Origin: the human T2T-CHM13v2.0 reference genome, Homo sapiens
Direction: 5' to 3' (one strand)
Length of the DNA: 64,000 nt
Assembly (NCBI RefSeq): GCF_009914755.1
Contig: NC_060931.1
Under the pieces are notes generated by a model that ran no database searches, was not told where the DNA came from, and worked only from the letters and a program-made list of their open reading frames with translations. This document shows positions 58,723 through 64,000 of the stretch, in pieces. Within the stretch, counting starts at the first letter, position 1; every line of letters starts with the position of its first letter. A program made the position numbers and the translations under genes.

Positions 58723-61282
58723 GAATTACACTGCAGTGGAATTAGCATAGTTTTAGGCATCAGCTAAACTCAGGTCCACATTCCATGTCAATTACTTACC
58801 AGGCGGGTGATTATTTCAGCATGTTACATAACTTGCTGGAAAACTAGTAGTAATAATGTCTTCCTGTCGGACCACTATGACATCTAAATAAGGTGCTGCA
58901 AGATGCCTAGTACGGGGCTGGGCATACTTGGGTTTGTGTAATAGTTGACCTCAACACCTTATATACGATTTTTCCCCTCTAAGGAGAACAGAAGAGGCTA
59001 ATAAATTGTGACCATGGTTCTTAAACAAGTTACACTAAGTCTCATGCCCTTTTTCCAGAAGATAGCTAACATCAAGGGAGTGGGAACTACAATCTCCTCC
59101 GCAAGTCCCCCTTTATTTGGAGGTTGTATTTGCTCGTTCATTTTCTGATAGTGGACATGGGCCAAATGAGGACAGAGTCAGACTGGACATTCCCACAGCC
59201 TTCTGCCCTGAGGGAGTCACTGATTGCCTGTGCAGAGGGCCCAAGCACGACTGTGGCGTGAAAGCAACACCCTTCTGTGTCCTCAGTTCCCAGCCAGCCA
59301 CCCCAGCACAGGCTCCAGAACAGCTGGGATGCTGGATGAAATCCCCGCTTTGGCGAAGCACAGGAAGCAGTGTGGGCACAATATGAGCACCGCGCAGCAT
59401 TGTGTTTCATGGGAAATAAAGGGACAGTAAGCTCCTCTAGCTGCTTTTTGTCTCTTGATGTCCTGAAGCTTCCATCTCATTGTAATGGAAAGAATCACCC
59501 CTAATCTTGGCAAGTCCTAAAGTATGCTGCCATGAATTGTCAGTTCCCTTGCCCAAATGAAATAATTTATAATTTTTCATCATTTGTGAACATCTTAGAA
59601 AAATGTTTAAGGTCCTAGGAAGATGGGCATGGTAGAGGCATTGGCTAAAAGGCAAAATAGTGAAGAGGTAATGAAGGTTTGAGGCCTGAGGTGCAGTGCT
59701 GGGGACAAGGGCTTACAGAGAGAGTGTACACCAGGATGGGAGCAGGGACAGAGGGTGAAATGGGGGATGTTCCTCTACCAAAGGACAGTAACCCTCTCCA
59801 GCAAGGCCACTCTCACTGCCAGGCCTACTCTAACCACCCATTTAACACGGAGCTGGTGGGACCTACTACCACGACTACACTACTACTGTTCAAAGTATCA
59901 TGCCAGAGCCCTTCCTGCCCCTGTCCTCAAATGCCATCCAAGTCCAAGAAAGTGTTAGATGGTATTATAACATCTCAAGTCTCTTTTGCCAGTTAAAAAA
60001 AAAAGAAAACAAACAAATAGCAAAACTTCCTATGGAGACCAACCAAAGCAAAAAAAGAGAATTTACTGGGAAAACCTAAGGGTAGGCAATGGAGTGCAGC
60101 CGGCCTCCCAAACATTCTAGAAGCAGAATGTGACAGTCATCAGAACCAAGGCAGTGACTTGCCCATGTCTGGACCATCTCTGTTCTCTGCTTCTCTTGAC
60201 ACTTCTGCTTCATTACAAAACCACCCTCTCCCTTTCCTGTGCACATGGCACTGTTCATATAGCTAAAAATAATGGCCCCAAACTCTAGAGCCCTGCCATC
60301 TCCAAACTCTAGCAAACCAATTAACTGGATAATGTTTCAGCTTCTGGGAGAAAAATTCTATGGTGCCCAGCCTGGGTCAGGATTTGGCCATTTCCATCTG
60401 GCCACGTAAACTAAGTATGTTCCAGGCTTACAGTCCTTCATGTACTTGTGGGTAGAAGGGTAGCAATTTTCCAAGAAACAGGTTTGGTCTTAGTGGATAC
60501 CCCAAAAGATATTTATTACTGGTGGAAAATTACTGCTACTGATTCAGAAAATATTTTTAGGTCCTCTGTCATCTTCTTCATATCTCCCCTGGTTATCAGT
60601 TCTGTTATCTACTTGAATGTTGGGATCCAGGTGAGAAAGAAGATAAAGTGAAGGAAGACATTCATGACAAACCATTGTAACTTCAAAATTATCTGGGGAT
60701 AGACCATAGAGTCTGCAGATATAACAAGACTGCCTGATTGTTCTTTATCCCTTCAAGCACTTAAAATTTATGTTGGACAAGAAATGTCAGCTAATTCTGC
60801 AAATTCTACTTATGGCATGGAGGAGACGCATGCACAACTCACGGGCTGAAGGCACAAACAGGAGAAGCCATAAACTGTTAAACAAAGGAAGAAAGACAGG
60901 GTGGAAAGGCCAGGAATGAAAAAGGATCTGATAGCAGGAAAGCTGGCTCAAGTTAATGAGACAATGCACGACTTGACATTCCTGATGGATGTCAGTGGTT
61001 CAGTGCTAGGCAGACCTTCTGAGATGACAACTTCCATTCAAACCTCAGCCCTGGATGGCAACCTGAAACCCAAGGCCATGAGCAGCGAGTGTGTGTGAGC
61101 CCAGCATGGATTAGTGCGGTGGCCTTGGGAGGCCCTTCCAGACGGCTGCTTCCTCCCTGTGTACCATTACCCAGAAGGCACGAGTGCTCTGGGAGCTACA
61201 ACAATACTAAGTAATTAAGATAAAATGTTCTTGGCTGTGTTTAAGGCATATTCTTTTATGACAAGAACACAGGGTTAGTTGA

Positions 61283-61359
61283 TGAACTAATTTTTGGTGG
61301 GGAAAACTGCAGCATCTATTATTGAACTAATTTTTGGTGGGGAAAACTGCAGCATCTAT
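61283..61359. repeat. Perfect 37-bp tandem duplication, period 40
   Basis: tgaactaatttttggtggggaaaactgcagcatctat at 61283-61319 and 61323-61359. Confidence 0.95.
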
Positions 61360-62875
61360 AAATGAATGCTTTGGATTTTTGTTTGTTTGTTTTTCAATAT
61401 TCCCATTATAATTTCAGTTCGGATACTCCAGAGCTCATGTTCCCTAATTTATTATTGCTTGCTACGGTCCTCAGGGATACAGTAATTGAATTTTACTGGC
61501 ATGATTACCATATCCATCAACAAGCGAGTCTTCCTGAAATAAATCAGTCAAAGCCTGTTGGTTGGCCCCCTTTGCTCCACAGGAGAGGTGCCCAGAGCAG
61601 AATCCAGTCTCAGCAAAGAAAGGTGTAGTGTTTCTCTGGCCAGTGCAATAGGCTACTGCCTGTCAGCCAAGTGCAAATGAGGCTGTGTGTGGCCAGCTCT
61701 GAACATCTGTGGAAGCAATAGGAGCACAAGGATATTTGAAGAAGAGAAATGAAATATATTTTTGAAGAAGAGAAAATAAAAATACCCCTCCAAAGGGATT
61801 GCCCCCCAAATGACCAGATTCTAATTCTATTGCAGTCAAAAATAGATGAGCTTCTGGGAGACGGGGATGTGCATACTTGGTTGAGATCCAGGAAATTCCA
61901 TGATGCGATGTTAAAAATTCCATCGTAAAAGAAAAAAAAAAAGCAGATGGACAGCCTACATCCTCTCCTTCTCACATCCAAAACAGGAAAATAAAAATCA
62001 TAATTGTAGATGCATTTTCGGGCTGCACAGGCACATAGAGATCATCTAAATCCACACTCCTCATTTTACATGACAGGCTCAACAGGGTAAAATGAATTCT
62101 TATCTCAATGTGATATTTAAGATTTTTTAAAAAGCAATCTGCGTCCTTCAAAAATTGACACCCAAATACAAAGTGCATAGGATTGGGCTGTCGCTCACCT
62201 CCTCTGAGCCCCTGGGGCAAGTCGCTGAACGCCGAGCCTTGCGGCTTCATCTGGAAATGGAAATAGGCATACTGTTGGCTTCTGTGAGAACTGAGATTAG
62301 ACATACAAGGGTCTAACAAAGCTCCCGGCACCCAGTCTTGGCTGAATTTCATTCTATTTTGATATTTGTTAAGGAAATAGGAAATTTATTTTTAAAACAC
62401 GGTACTATTAGGAAGTCAAGTGGCTGAGAAGACCGGACGCTTACAAAGGAGCTGCTCCTTCCCAAGCAGTACCCCTCCACATTCGAGAACACAGGAGAGA
62501 AGGCAGGCCTCTTAGGTGAGCACCTTCAGATTTCTAAAGGCATAAGGCCAAAGATTTCAAGTAATTTTGCCTGGGCAGCTAAAATTCACATGCCACTGGG
62601 AGTCTGCAAAAAGCTTTGGAGCTTTAGGCGCTCTTTGACCCATACGTCATATTTCAACTCAGATACCCTCAGGGTCCTCTGACAGTAGGTGACTGTTCTG
62701 ATGAACGAGTATGAGGCCTACGCTCCATTCCCCAGGCCTCGTGTTTCCACATCCAGATCCTTTGTCAGAAAAGATTGACTGTTCCACCATTTCCTCTGCG
62801 TTTTCCTGCCTCTTTCTTGTTAAATTCATAATGAAGAGAAAGCTCCCAAGTGAATCACCATCAATGGATTGGATG

Positions 62876-63207
62876 CTGCTGTGTGTTAAATTGTGTCTCC
62901 CCTACAATTTGTATGTTGAAGTCTTAGCCCCCAGTAGCTTAGAATGCGGTCTTATTTGGAAATAGTGTTGTTGTGGATACAATTCGTTAAGATGAGGTCA
63001 TATTGGAATGAGGTGGGCCCCTAATCTAATGTGACTGGTGTCCTTATAAAAAGGGGAAATTTAGGCACAGATAGTCCCACCAGGAGGACACCAAATGAAG
63101 ATGAAGGCAGAGATCAGGGTGATGTACCCACAAGCCAAGGGACACCTAAGAATGCCAGCAAAACACGGAAAGCCAGGCCAGAGGCATGGGACAGTGGAAC
63201 AGATTTC
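62876..63207 (+). mobile_element. MLT1C-like MaLR LTR, 3'-truncated
   Basis: tatgttgaagtc...gttaagatgaggtcat...gactggtgtccttataa...caagccaagg. Confidence 0.85.
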
Positions 63208-63539
63208 AAACTCCAGGCCAGAAAGTAATCAGCACCATCCTGGGGTGAGGGGAGGACACAGCACCAGCATTATCCAGGGTCACATCCCTCACTCTGGCCT
63301 CCTCTAATCAGATGGCAATCCGGCAATCTTAGCCGGAGAGATGATAACACAGATCATCTATTTTTTGCAGCCTTACTCGGCTCCCTTATAAGGAAAAACT
63401 ATGTCCCTTGAAGTCTTGCAGACTGAGGAGCTATTGTGAATCTGATCTTTTAGAGGAGAGCCTAATGCCATTTTCCCTTTTCAGTAAAAACAGAAAAAAG
63501 TTAAAAGACGAAGGAAGATGTAAGAACCAAATACTCTGT

Positions 63540-63615
63540 CTTTCTCTCTCTCTCTCTCACTCTCTGTCTCTCTTACACACAGACACACAAACACCACACA
63601 TCTATACACATACAT
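63540..63615. repeat. (CT)n/(CA)n low-complexity tract
   Basis: Direct reading. Confidence 0.75.
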
Positions 63616-64000
63616 TCTTTTCCACTGGACTGTGCCTCTTTTTCTGGCTATGTATGCACAAGAATAGAGATATTGGTGTCTGCCCCCTGGAGTAATGATG
63701 ATAAATATGTCAAGGTCAGCAGCTTCATCAGCCATTGAGACAGCTCACTCGGGCAACTGCAGATAATCATTCACCTGGTGGGACCAGTTGCCTATACCTT
63801 AATTCATGCCTCACAGTGTTGCTGAAATGTTCCTTATCTCACAAAAACACTTGTCTTATGTCTTTCTGGTGCAGAAAGAAATTCATAAATTATTGCTATG
63901 CCTTGCATTTTTTTTGGTCTCAGTCATGATTTTGTGGGGGAAGAAGTTACTCAAGAACGAGGACGAGGTGAAAAATAAGTCATCAGTGTGCATGCAACAA

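Noticed and set aside
59960-60400. Possible very old MLT1-type LTR
   Set aside because: Only scattered resemblance; family and ends cannot be supported

Overview
This is primate (human-like) non-coding genomic DNA, roughly half or more of it interspersed repeats: about 21 Alus, many L1 fragments, MIR/L2, MaLR/ERVL/ERV1 LTRs, and Tigger, MULE and hAT DNA transposons. I recognise no protein-coding exon of a known gene, no RNA gene and no CRISPR array. The ORF track is explained by Alu, L1, microsatellite and chance ORFs, apart from dead Tigger1 and L1 coding relics. Repeat family names come from recalled consensus sequences, not a database search, so subfamily labels and old-repeat boundaries are approximate. 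The most interesting signals are five. (1) A CpG-rich unique element at 48.3-48.8 kb carries a strong CTCF motif and has textbook splice signals on both strands, suggesting a divergent lncRNA promoter. (2) A collapsed L1 at 12.6-14.4 kb carries two templated-insertion scars: a doubly palindromic 26-bp tandem array and a 43-bp copy of sequence 1.7 kb upstream. (3) An ERV1 LTR holds three perfect octamer motifs. (4) A Ricksha MULE composite with a FLYWCH relic and adjoining MLT2B LTR contains a nested Tigger1, which in turn contains an Alu. (5) A tiny polyadenylated retrocopy with a TSD sits inside MER2. I did not find a convincing new biological system; these are candidate regulatory and mutational features.
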